Made by a program: the position numbers and the translations under genes
Shown: piece after piece, positions 52,763 through 64,000 of the stretch
How the letters are laid out: the number at the start of each line of letters is the position of its first letter
Position numbering within the stretch: the stretch's first letter is position 1
The notes under the pieces: generated by a model
Databases searched by the model: none
Seen by the model: the letters and a program-made list of their open reading frames with translations, nothing else
Told to the model about the DNA's origin: nothing
Origin: Marsupella aquatica
Taxonomy: Eukaryota; Plantae; Marchantiophyta
NCBI GenBank assembly: GCA_973895155.1
Contig: OZ316892.1
Location: 14,066,861 to 14,130,860, forward strand
Direction of reading: 5' to 3'
DNA: 64,000 bases

Positions 52763-53020
52763 TCAATCAATTTTGCTCTTTACAAAGTTTTCCAATGCAA
52801 TTCCATCATCTGGATGCAATTTGAATACTTTTGGATGCAAAGGATTGACTTCAAGGGTGACTGTTGATATCACACAGTCTAAATCAATCCATTGAGGATC
52901 ACACACAGAGTACCTAAATTTCTCCTTATTATTACCAATTGGAGTAAACCAATTAAAGAACACTTTGCATGCAACTTCTGGACCAGGCCTATCAAGCAAG
53001 TCCACTGGTTCTCGTGATCT
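52763..53020 (-). pseudogene. 3' end of an unidentified coding sequence, possibly another TE, truncated by the CACTA insertion
   Basis: The protein-like reading frame REPVDLLDRP...VFFNWF...WIDLDCVISTVTL...FKLHPDD...* starts exactly at the CACTA boundary. Confidence 0.45.
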
Positions 53021-53846
53021 CACTAGTAGAAACCGGGGGGTATTTAGACCCCATTAAACGACTATTCAGTACCGTATAGGACTTGGAAACGACTGGGAAG
53101 GACTCTAGTCCTTTATAGGACTGCGAGTCGTATGTTTTGTTACTATAATCAACTGAGTCCTTTATAGAACTGGTTTATAAGTCGTTTAATAGACTGGATT
53201 TTCAGTCTATTTTAGTCTTTGTGTGGGTAGCTTTGGTGAGTCGTTTTTAGTCTTTTATGGGCTGCGATGATGAGTCGTTGGGAACGACTAAAAAGGTTAT
53301 GGAGGGTAGTCTTTAAATATACTTTGTGGGGTATGTATAAGTCTTTTATGTCAACTGGATATGAGTGATGAAGACCCCACTATACTACTTGGAATGAACC
53401 CACTCTTGTGCACAAATAACATATTGCATTCATGTTTTATTGTGTACTTGGAATGAACTCACTCTATAAGTTCACCATTCATCATGTTAACATTAGAATA
53501 CATAGTTTCAAAAAGCCATCTTCTATACCATGTACACTAATATGAATTCACAGATTCAAACTTCATAGACTACAAAGAAGGTCACAAAGTATTCCTCTAT
53601 ATCATACACACTAATACTGAAATGATAAAATAGATTCAAGTATCATAGACAATCACCATAGAGCCATAGTTTGACATCAATCACTTGTTTCATACATACA
53701 GAATTCAGAAATATCAATGTCACACACAACGTCTCCTTCATCCTCTTTACCAAATGGAAAAATTGGTACAGATATTTCTTGGATCTTTCCAAGGCAATGT
53801 CAAAATGTGACACAATTCACATGATGCTATCTACACTTGCATTCAG

Positions 53847-56800
53847 TCACTGCAGACTAACACACTCTGATGGCCAGAGCACAAGAGATCCTACTGCATC
53901 TGCAATTATTTCCTGAGGTGGATCATCGTCTCTATTCGGAAATGGCAAATTACAATCAGATACAATCACTGTAGTCAACAACACTACTACATGGTCATCC
54001 GGGACCACTTTGCCATGGAATTTTGCATGATCCGGTCGCAAAATGCCTGTACCCACACATACCTGCGAGTCATCCTCCCATGATAGAAGATTATGGACTG
54101 GCTCTGCTGTGGCTATCACCTCCACCTTACCCTGGCTGTTTTTCTTGGCTTTCCTGGGTGGCTTATACATGACATTATTCATACCTTGGTTGCGAGTCAT
54201 GACTTTGGCACGAGTGTTTTGTGCTGGTGATCGAGAATTGGCTACACTCTTCTTCAAAGAATCTGCATCCATATTTGACACTTCTGATTGTGTAGCAGGA
54301 TTTCCCTGCGACATCATCTCAGTATCTGCCAACATTGTACTTGCTTCAATTGAAGCATCTACAATCTTACTTGCATCCAATGTTGCTCCCAAGTTTCGAC
54401 GTCGCTTCACCCTACTCCCACTTGGTTGAGAGTCTGTCAACTCTGCATCAACTACAATTCAGTGTCATGTCCAACATAAGTCAATCACTCATCACATGTG
54501 CTAAATGTACATGTCACCAACCACAAAGTTGTCACTATCTCCTTACCATTATGAACAGCCTTCTTCCCCTTCTTTGCCATTGCCATATGCTCCATGTCTG
54601 CTTCTGTTGATCAATAAACACACCACAATATTGAGGTTGAATCTATTAACCACTGAATTGTTGCTCAACATTCATATAGAGGAATTTAAAGCATCAGCTT
54701 ACCTGATACCTCCTTGGCTATGGTCACTGAGGCACTGGGCACATCTTCTTCATTATTGCTCTTTGAATCACCTGATACATCAATCATGATGTCACTTCAG
54801 ATCCCAGTTCATCCAACCAGTTCTTACAGAAAAGATTACCTCCAACCGGCTTAAGCTTCACAAAACTCCATGCACTTTTCAAATGTAATGTATTGGATCA
54901 TAGCAGGTTACCTGTCTCAGCAACCTTCTTGCCCTTCTGCTTACTGATTACAGGGTCCTTCTCTGCCTCCACTCTTCCTGCATTCAAACCATTCACTCAA
55001 TTCATGAAAACTTACTTCTAACATTTGAACATAGGACACAATGAACAATGGGCCAGTGTCATTTCCATACCTGTGTCAGATTTGCCAATTCCCTTTTTTG
55101 TTAACAAGGGCACACTTTGTACAATGTTGCCCTCATTGTTTGGTTGGGAACCACCCAATTTTTCAATCACAAGCTTGAAATTAGATTCCACTGATGCAAG
55201 AAGGTTCGCTACAGATGCCTCCACAATATCCAAACGATCAGCCAATTTACTTTCCACTCGAGGGAGTCCACACTCTAATGACTTCAACCGTTCACACATC
55301 TCTGTGAGAGTTGTAACAGTTCCCTGTCATAACACAGCTTACATATCTCAGATAACTGTCCCCAAGAACTGGTTGCTTACTTCCTACTACATTTCTTTCT
55401 GATGCTCAAGGCCAAATAGTCACAGAACATACAGAATTACAACATAATCACCTGTTTGGAAGTTACACTTGTCACCTCACTCCTTTGTTTCATGAACTCC
55501 TCTCTCACTTCTTGTGCTGATGGTTCTTCACCTGTCAATTTCTTCTGCAGTCCACATCAACATACATATGAATGAAACCAAGTGTTGATTGTCAATGAAA
55601 ATGTAATAATGGTAGCAAGATGATAAGTTTGAGGCTTACTATCAGGCATGTCACTGCCTTACCAATTGTTCTTTCACTGGAGCATAACTTCCTCTCCCAG
55701 CCTGTGAAAGGTGTTTCACTTTGCCTCGAGCATTTGACATCAGTTCACTCTTGCTCTGTCCAGCCTCCGACATGAACCCTTTGATTAACCGTGTCCATTG
55801 ATCCAGTTCCAATGATGGGGGTGGTGGCATTCTCCTGTTAGAACCATTGTCTATCCACATCCTTTTCAACCTATGCCTCTCTTGTTTCAAAATCCTCATT
55901 GCATAATCTGATATGCAATCTTCAACTGGGCCCTTACCATCATTACCAACATACTCCCACCGTTCAAGAATGTCCTTGCAGATAGCAGCCCAATCAGCTT
56001 TGTTCTGACTCCTAAACTCTGTAATGCTCAAATCTAACCAACGCAATACTTCTCCTCTTAGGTCAGAATGCCAACGGTTCTTACCATCACATGTGGGAGT
56101 TATCCAACCTTCGGAATTCACTTCTACTTTACCAAATTTGTTACTGTCTCCTGCCTTGGTACTCCCTGAAGCGCTACTAGGTGTCCCTCCACGGCCTGGT
56201 GTCCCCCCACGGCCTGGGGTCCCTCCACGGCCTGATCTCCCCCCACGGCCTGGATTGCATTGTCCAAACCTCCCTGGAGTCCCTGCACATTTACAGGATC
56301 CATTTATAGTCACTTACATTAGGTAAGTATGAATCATAAATCCCGCTGCCAAATATACAGTGGACTTCAGAGCAATTCTGCAATGACCAAGTTACCTCTC
56401 CCTTGGCGCATAGATGGTTCTGGACCACCTGTCCTATTGCTTTGTCTTGATGAATTAGGGGCGTTTCTCCCGCCTGTGAATGATTGCCTCCTATCTGAAC
56501 GTTGATGGCCTTTGTTGTTTTCGTGATTGTCCCAATCAGAGTCTGCATACCAACAGGTACATGCCACACTCATGGACCTGTAAGATAAACTCTTTGCCCT
56601 AGCTACACATCAGATAAGTGCATATTGAGCTAAATCTCTACTACCATCACAAAATCACTAGCACAAGGCACTTACTTGTCCAATCATCCTCCTCACCTTT
56701 CCATTGCCCTCTGTACCCGTCTCTACCACGCTCTGGGTGTTCATATTCATCCCATCCATCTTCTGCTCCATCATAGTCATCATCATAATCATCAGGCGTC

Positions 56801-57018
56801 CCTTGCCAATAACTCTGGCTCCTTCTAGGGTATGGATTATGTGATTTCTCTCTAGCTGCCCACCTACCTGGGACTTGATGAGGGCCCTGTGCATCTTGCA
56901 CAGGTGCATTTTTCTGTGAGCCCCCTGCATCTGGGTCTCCATCCATATCCAATCTTTCCTCTTCACCCCACTCTCCAAGCCCCATGTCTGTCTCCATGTC
57001 ATCACCCTCTTCCCCCAT
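53847..57018 (-). CDS. CACTA TnpA-like accessory gene, multi-exon (internal exon boundaries approximate)
   Basis: Transposase_24/Ptta-like segment (ILKQERHRLKR...PPPSLELDQWTRLI...SELMSNARGKVKHLSQAGRGSY), a coiled-coil exon at 55070-55320, and a TNP1-type C-terminus (FHGKVVPDDHVVVLL...LPFP...IADAVGSLVLWP). Confidence 0.75.
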
Positions 57019-57195
57019 AGCTTTTGCACAGCACCCACAACCAAACAGGGAGAATCAGCACACTAAATTCAAAGTATCAATCAATTTCATGCATATCCAA
57101 TTATCCTAAACATCATTCCAGGCAGCAATTCCCGTTATGTGACTCTGTGCAGGTAGTCATCCTCAACCTCATACTTGCCAATCGCCAGCTGTTGC

Positions 57196-60100
57196 CTATT
57201 GCAAATCATCAACCTCATCATATTCCATTTGCCCAGGTTCATCATATGTCTCTCTCAATGTTAAGGGGATGTAGTCAGTCCCTGCCCGAGTTGGAAGTAC
57301 AGTCTCATGACTAGGATGCTCGAATGCAGCATGGTCATCCAAACTGAACTCTACTTTACTTCCATCCATCCGCCTGTTCCGTGCTTGGCTATGGCATACC
57401 ACCCTCCAGCCATGTGACTCCTCCACATCTGCAAAGAAAGCCTTTTCAACTTGGCTAGGGAAAACAAAAGGCTCAGACCATTCTGGTACTCTGGACCTGA
57501 AATTGGCCAACAAGAACCCATCATGATCACGCTTCATGGTGGCCCTTGGTCTCTGCCACTCTGATTTCACCCATGATCCCTTCATCAATATCACTGGGAC
57601 ACTTGTGTTACCATAATTCAACACCCAAATGTTGGTCAACTCCCCCACGTAACCCATCTTCATCCACCCCCTCTGTTCTTCAGAGGTTCTCTGCTCAAAC
57701 ACAGAAATCAAACCACAATCATATGATACACAATGGTCACCCTGCTCATCCCTCACTCGATAATGATTTCCATAAGCTCTCATCCGTTTGTAGGTCAGAA
57801 TAGACAATCGTGGTGGCACAAATAGAAGATACAAATCCTTCTCCATATCTGGGTGATGTCTACTATGCTCTCGAATTGTCATCCAAATCCACTGCTCGAA
57901 CTGTGGGAAGGGATCCTGCTGCCCAGAGTGTGCAGCTTTTTGCATATCATATTCCCTGCATTATGAGGTACAGGCATAGTTAGGTCTAAACAACACATGA
58001 CAACCTAAGATCACCCTTGGAACAGACAAGAAGCATCACAACAAAGGCAAGTCAATTCAATCACTCACCTCCACCATGGTTGCATAGGCTCTGTGTTTGC
58101 CAGCACATATGAATGAGCCTTGTCTCGAATCGCAACAGGCAGCTGAACAGCACGTCCCACACCTTCAACAACCTCGCCACTCACTCCATCATCTTCACCA
58201 GATTTCCAAACTCTTGTCATAGCTTCACCAGACCCAGCCATGTACTCTGTTAGGAATCCCAACGTCTCATCCGTAATGTACCCCAATGCCATGGAAGCCT
58301 CTGGCCTGTAGTATGTTCTCACATGACCTTTCAACAACTTCATGTATCGCTCCATAGGGTACATCCATCTGGTACTGACTGGCCCATACTGCCCTAGCTC
58401 TTCTACCACATGGATTAGGAGATGAGTCATAACATCAAAGAAAGCAGGGGGGAAGTATATCTCCAAGTCACAGAGGACATAAGCAGCATCCTGCTTCAAC
58501 TGCTCCAATCCTTGGGGATCCCACACTTTCACACATATACGGCGAAATACATTGCACAGTCGAAGAATGACATTACGGACTGGTTTCTGCATGAGACCTC
58601 TGAGGCATAGGGGCAGAATGTGCTGCATCAACACATGGTAGTCATGTGTTTTCATACTGCCAAGTTTATTCTTTGTAATATGCTTCTTGAAGGCACCAGC
58701 ATAGCCAGAGGGCACTTTCAGACAGCTCAATCTATACAAGAATGTCTTCCATTCATCCTGTGTGCACACATAGGGAGCTTGGAACTTGAGAAGTACATTG
58801 GGATTGCTTGCATGGGGCTTCAACCAAAGGTGAGGGCGAATCCCCTTCTGTTGCATATCAGCTCGAACTGCTCCTGTATCTTTCTCACCCGACAAGAACT
58901 TCAGCAAGCTCTCACAAATATTTTTCTCAATGTGCATGACGTCCACATTGTGTTTGCTGGGCTCGAATTCCTGCACTCCACAAAGCAAAGAATTCAACAA
59001 CAGAAACACTAATTAACCACATAGGAGGATTGTAACCAACATCAATCCACCATTGCTCCAATCTAAAATTGCAATCATACAGGGGCTGGAGGCTAAGTAC
59101 ATTACCCTCCAGTACTCCAACTCCAAGTCCATCAAGGTCTGTCTTTTCACACCGTGTTTCACCACTGGATCCTCAGGTTCTCGATCAGTGGCACTTCTCT
59201 TGTCCCAATCAGCCTTCCTGGCTGCCCACCTCAGGACTTGCTCTCTGGTGACCCTCTGTGGTGGGCCACGAAGCTCTGTTTTGTTGTTGAAGTGTGCAAT
59301 TTGAGACCGTGTGTGCCTGTAAGGATGATCAACAGGCAGATACCTTCTATGCCCCTGAAATTTCATACTGTGCAGGGCATGCGACCACTCACTTGTCACA
59401 TTTTTCCCACATGGTGTGCACCCCACATAGCCCTTTGTCACTCGTCCAGATATGATGCCATGGCCTGGGTAATCTGCTATATCCAGCAAACAAATTGCAT
59501 GCAGTCTAAAGGGGCTGGGTCGAAGAAGCCCCTTCAGAACATCATGGGTTAACACCCCTTCTATCCACAAAGTCTTCCACTCTTCCACTGCTGGAGCCAA
59601 CATGATATCTATGAATTGCTCGGTCACAGAAGCTGGTCCAGGGATTAACAGCACCATCATGACAAAAAACCTCTTTGTAGTCATCCATGGGGGAAGGTTG
59701 TAATTTAGCAGCGTAACCGGCCAACATGAATAACGGTTGTTTTTGTCTCCAAATGGGTTTACTCCATCCAGTGATAGACCAAATCGAAAGTTCCGCTTCT
59801 CTGCAGCAAACTGTGGCCACCTCTCATCAACAAATTTCCAATGGTTGGAATCTCCAATGTGACGCTGCAGGCCATCACTGCTCTTGTTATCAGGAGTCCA
59901 TGTCATCAGCTTGGAAATGGCAGGGCATCTAAACAGACGTTGTAGTCTAGGAATGAGAGGAAAATGACGAAGAACCTTGGCAGGGTGTGTACATTTCCCT
60001 ACATTCTTGTACCTGTGCTTACCACAATGAGGGCATGTCAATTTATCTGCATGCTCTTTGCGAAAGAGAACACACCCATCAGGGCATGCGTCAATAGACA

Positions 60101-60896
60101 CATAGTTCAGCCCAAGGTTAGACATCAATTTCCTAGCCTTGTACATATTTTTTGGAATTGAATTACCATCTGGTAACACATTTCGGCGCAGGAAGGTCAA
60201 CAACTCTGTCACAAATATATTGGGAACATTGTGATTGCCACAGATGTTCAACAACAACACGACAAAACCCAGCTTGGAGTAGTTCGACCCCTCGTAGATA
60301 GGAATGCAAGCTTCTTTGATGTGTTTTGGGCCCCCAAACACCCACTCCCTCTCTGCTGCACCTTCCCCAATGTCAAAGTCAGGTTGAGCTTGGCCGTCGC
60401 CAATGTGTGGCTGCGGTTCATTGTCCTCTTCTGATTCCACTGTGTCGTAAAAAGCATCAAGGTCTTCAAAAATCTCTTGAACCATTCTTGGGACATCCAT
60501 CCCACCGTCCTCAGTGACTGCCTCTGCATCTCCATCTTGGTCATCCACGTTCTCATGTTGGACCCCAGGACCATCCTCTGCACAGTCTATGTCCTGCTCT
60601 ACGTAGTCTCTACGCCTAGCTGTATTAGAATCCACAAAGTCAGCTCTCCACTCTTCATCAGAGGAGTCTTCTTCTGCTGGTACATTCCAAACCCTCCACC
60701 GAGGGTGCCTTTCATGCCGCAGCAGGTGAAGGTGCACAGTGTTCAAACTCAACGACTTGAATCCTTGGCACTGTGTGCATGGGCATCTCATCCTCCTACT
60801 CCTACCTTGGGCGGCCCGGGCTTGTTCACGCATCCACAATTTAGAATCATGATGCCTAATCCTAAATGGGTTGTGAAGAGGCAACCTTGGAGCCAT
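57196..60896 (-). CDS. CACTA transposase TnpD; exons 60896-59106, 58970-58069, 57955-57196 (~1150 aa, intact)
   Basis: N-terminal CPC..C zinc motif; IDACPDGCVLFR; GLSLDGVNPFG...SCWPV.LLNYNLPPW (Transposase_21); DVMHIEKNI; MKTHDYHVLMQ; FPPAFFDVMTHL..H; RWMYPMERYM (DUF4218); EPFVFPSQV..FF (DUF4216). Intron phases match. Confidence 0.95.
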
Positions 60897-61221
60897 CACT
60901 ATACACACGCACTCAGCACCCTGTCATTTTATTATGCAAGTGAAAATACACTTCCTGTTAAGGATTTCACCCCCGACTGTACTTGCCAAAATACGTAACG
61001 TTCCAAAAAAACAAAAAAACAAAAAATATAGGTGCCTGAGTCATGTACCTATTCTCAAGTGAATGAGACAAAATTCCTAAATGTTTGAGGGTGTCAACTC
61101 CTCCGCTGTCCTCACATGTACTGCCTCTGCACGTACATCCATGACCATATTAGAGTCCAATCATGTATAGTCATAGACACAGGTGCCAGGTGCGAGACCG
61201 GTGTGAGATGTCCTCATCTTA

Positions 61222-61619
61222 CTACCACATCAAATACGGATACCAATCCTGTTGTCGATGCCACTCAGCCCTGAGGTACTCAGGCATGTACATTAAGTCA
61301 TCAAGGTCTAAACCCTGCTCATGCCATGGTGGTCTTCGATCCGTGCCTACAAGCAGTGGCAGCAGTGCCCTCCATGGTGCACATGTTGCTACCAAGTCCC
61401 TCCACTGGGTACTAATTAGTCTATATTTGCAAATATCTTGTGCGCCAGACACCACAAGAACCCTCGGCCAGACATGTGTAAGAACTATATCATCTGCCAA
61501 ATCAGGCAACAAGGAACCACCTACAGCATCGTGCTTGTCTAACTCATCTGCTGGAAAGTAAATGTCCTCTTCCGACTGTGCATCCTCATTCACCACAGCA
61601 TTCACAACACATCCAAGGT
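61222..61619 (-). CDS. F-box-containing exon or ORF inside the CACTA element
   Basis: SLLPDLADDIVLTHVWPRV...ICKYRLISTQWRDLV fits the F-box consensus (L.LPDDI...I..R......L.LVSK.WR.L). Confidence 0.65.
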
Positions 61620-61931
61620 CTGCAGGCATTATCTCGGATGGAGCTACACTCTGTCTGGTTACCAATCCACACAAGTAAGCCCAAGCAGTAGCCATGCACG
61701 ATGCAACCCGTAGGAGGACCCTACATAGGGCCTGACGGTCTGGAAGAGGCAGCATACCCACCAAAGTCTTCAGCCAAACAGAGCCCAGCAAGTAGATTCA
61801 CAGTCACACCCCACGCAGCAGGAAACAACAATCACTTCAACTGCGACCAACCATGACAAGATGAGTTAGTTCAAGGATCACATTTATTACAAAATTGTGT
61901 TTTATACAAAAATATGAGGGACTCCTACTCC

Positions 61932-62795
61932 TCACTCTCTCCCACCTTTGCTAAGCATACATCTCCGCTGAATCTTGGAGGGCCAGGCCTCAAAAATATC
62001 AAAGTCCCAAGCATTCTGTCGCTTCCCTCTAGCTGCTGATTCCAGAAGCCAATCAGGGGAAAACACCCAAAGATTGTTGTTCATGACAAAATCACGCACT
62101 GTTGTCTTAAAGAATTTTCTGCATATTTTCATGTATGACAGACCTACAACATGAGTGGAGGTTTCTGTTAGACTCTCCTCCACTGTCCCACCTAGCTCAA
62201 CAACTATAGACTTGTACAGTCTGCACTTAGTCTCCCCAATTCCTTCTTCTGCAAATACCACACTGAACCCCTTCATAATGGTATTTCTCTCCTTGCCATG
62301 CTCATTCAATATAGCATCTGCACGCATAGGATGGTGTCCTATGTTGACAACAGGTCCATATTGGACAGAAGCAAAGTTGGGTTTCTCTGCCGCTGCTTCA
62401 TAGGCTTCCTTTTCAGCCAAAGCCTCTGCAGTGGCCTCCTCACTCTCCCACAACTCATATTGCTTAGTACTCTGTACACACCTATGTTTAACAGAATCGG
62501 TCAGCCAAGAGACTTCAACTACTTTTAGACCTTGGTTGGTAATGGCAGAATCAATGAAGGACCATGACCACTTGTTCATCACATCCAGCCATGTCCCCGC
62601 AACAACATGTGTAGTCTGTGGAGTGATGTCCTTGACTTCAGTCCCATGGAACTCTGAGAATCGTTTTTGTACGATTGGCCAACTCACTTGGGTGAACCCA
62701 TAGTGGCCAGGAATCAAAATGGCTTTGATTCCAGCCAACAGAGGCGGGTGGTCAACCTTTGTACGTTTCCTAGAGGCCATGTACACACGGGCCAC
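61932..62795 (-). CDS. Tandem BRCT-domain protein (Pol-lambda-type BRCT) inside the CACTA element
   Basis: Two BRCT units: LLAGIKAIL...HG....ITPQTTHVVA...VVEVSWLTDSV...YEL and MKGFSVVF...LGGTVEESLTETSTHVVG...FSPDWLLESA...FDI. NLS-like RKRTK; no stops. Confidence 0.8.
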   Translation of the reverse strand: MARVYMASRKRTKVDHPPLLAGIKAILIPGHYGFTQVSWPIVQKRFSEFHGTEVKDITPQTTHVVAGTWLDVMNKWSWSFIDSAITNQGLKVVEVSWLTDSVKHRCVQSTKQYELWESEEATAEALAEKEAYEAAAEKPNFASVQYGPVVNIGHHPMRADAILNEHGKERNTIMKGFSVVFAEEGIGETKCRLYKSIVVELGGTVEESLTETSTHVVGLSYMKICRKFFKTTVRDFVMNNNLWVFSPDWLLESAARGKRQNAWDFDIFEAWPSKIQRRCMLSKGGRE

Positions 62796-63378
62796 CTAAT
62801 CACTGCAGACCGGAAGATAATGCGTTCACCTGATAATCGGAGGGCCCTTAAAATGCTGCGTTTATAACTTGGTCCAGTCCAGTCGTCTGGTGAGTCTCTG
62901 CTCCAATTCCAAACGGGAGAAATATTGGGACAAACGTACTAGACACCTGCAAGCATGCACCTCATAGTTTGAATATGTGCCTTCACAATATTGAAGGTGA
63001 CAAGTGCAATTGTTTTGTGATGCCACATACAGATGTTGTAAATGGGCAGACATTCAATGAGAATACAAAATGTTGGTACACTTTAAGGGAATTCTCGCAA
63101 ATTAAATAGCCTTGTAACTTATATGCTCATAATGAGAAGTCCTGATTTAATTTAAGCAGTGTCATGTAAGTCGTGATCAAAATGATTGTAGAGTTAAAAA
63201 AGTTCCTAGAAGGCTTAAGGGCAGTTTTTGAAGGCATGTACCCAGGAACAAGTAATGAACTTAGGGTACTTGTTGCCTAAGCATCCTCTCCTACAGAGGT
63301 CCTTCTTCTCAAAATTGGAATGTCTGCAATCTCCAAGGTATCCACATCAGGTGCACTATGCATGTATATTATTCAGGT

Positions 63379-64000
63379 TCAAAGCCAAGAAATGTGATCT
63401 CTCATGGGAGTGTGCAAAGTAGGATCTATGGCATGGCGATGACAATAGAAGATCCATCGATCAACACCATGTGCAGAGTGATCATAGATGTGTCTGTCAC
63501 AAGCATAGCCTTCTGCTTGACGCTCCTTCAAACAATGAAAGTGCCACATGGTGGGACACCTAACACAGTGGACTATGTCCACCCAGAAATCTTCATCGTG
63601 CTGACCACATGCCTTGCACTTATGAAGTGGGCAAGTTGTGGCAAGATCGGGCAAACATGAAAAACAAAAGAACCTCACACAATATCTGTCAGGGCATTTC
63701 CTAACAAGTGGTGGAGCATCAACAGAGCCCTCATAAGACCCCAACTTCCCACACTGTGCACACTTAACCTGCTTCTCCAAACAATCAGTGCACATCCAGC
63801 CTCCCTGGTGTGCTGACGGGAGGCCCACCCCTGGACAGTTGTTTTCTGCAGCAAGGTCAGACTCCGGGTTGAGGTGGAAATGCCTCATGCAAGGGCCCTC
63901 ACATATGGCTAAGCCACCACCATCGTCACAAATGGCACAACAATGAGCTGCCTTCTGGAAAATCTGACTTGCGGAGAAGTTACTACCATCTGGCCCAACT
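63379..64000 (-). CDS. EDM2-type composite PHD-finger protein (5' partial) inside the CACTA element
   Basis: The frame is open to the window edge: CAICDDGG.L..CEGPCMRHFH...C.DC....CAQCGKLGS...C....C.RFF...TCPLHKCKAC...CVRCP..WH.HCL...IFYCHRHAIDP.L.TP.RDHI, collinear with the EDM2 PHD region as I recall it. Confidence 0.82.
   Translation of the reverse strand, partial: VGPDGSNFSASQIFQKAAHCCAICDDGGGLAICEGPCMRHFHLNPESDLAAENNCPGVGLPSAHQGGWMCTDCLEKQVKCAQCGKLGSYEGSVDAPPLVRKCPDRYCVRFFCFSCLPDLATTCPLHKCKACGQHDEDFWVDIVHCVRCPTMWHFHCLKERQAEGYACDRHIYDHSAHGVDRWIFYCHRHAIDPTLHTPMRDHISWL

Larger units (their letters stand above)
53021..64000 (-). mobile_element. Autonomous CACTA (En/Spm) DNA transposon; 3' terminus at 53021, 5' end beyond the window
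   Basis: TIR CACTAGTAGAAA at 53021 followed by a subterminal region rich in ACGACT/AGTCGT and AGTC motifs (53058-53350); TnpA- and TnpD-like genes inside. Confidence 0.9.

Noticed and set aside
58422-60998. Plus-strand ORFs over the transposase
   Set aside because: Antisense shadows of the TnpD coding sequence.

Overview
Plant nuclear DNA, most likely a liverwort: the embedded plastid accD and petA fragments resemble Marchantia sequences as I recall them. Five host genes reconstruct with phase-consistent GT-AG introns: Bax inhibitor-1 (-), mTERF4/BSM-like (-), ASH2/TRAUCO-like SPRY protein (+) with a long Lys-rich repeat tail, a GT61 glycosyltransferase (-) and an SBT2-type subtilase (+). 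A shuffled plastid insertion (NUPT) with pieces of 23S rRNA, a group II intron, petA, accD, rps11 and ndhD lies just upstream of the mTERF gene. The last 20 kb is a transposon nest: a CACTA-like terminus, a non-autonomous LTR element primed by a half tRNA-Ile, a P2RX7_C/KolX-like ORF, a solo LTR and a large, apparently intact CACTA element (TnpD plus TnpA) that runs off the window. The best candidate for a new system is the co-oriented cassette upstream of TnpD, encoding an EDM2-type triple PHD module, tandem Pol-lambda-like BRCT domains and an F-box. It could be a transposon-borne chromatin-reading, repair or ubiquitin toolkit. All family assignments come from motif recognition by eye; no database search was run.
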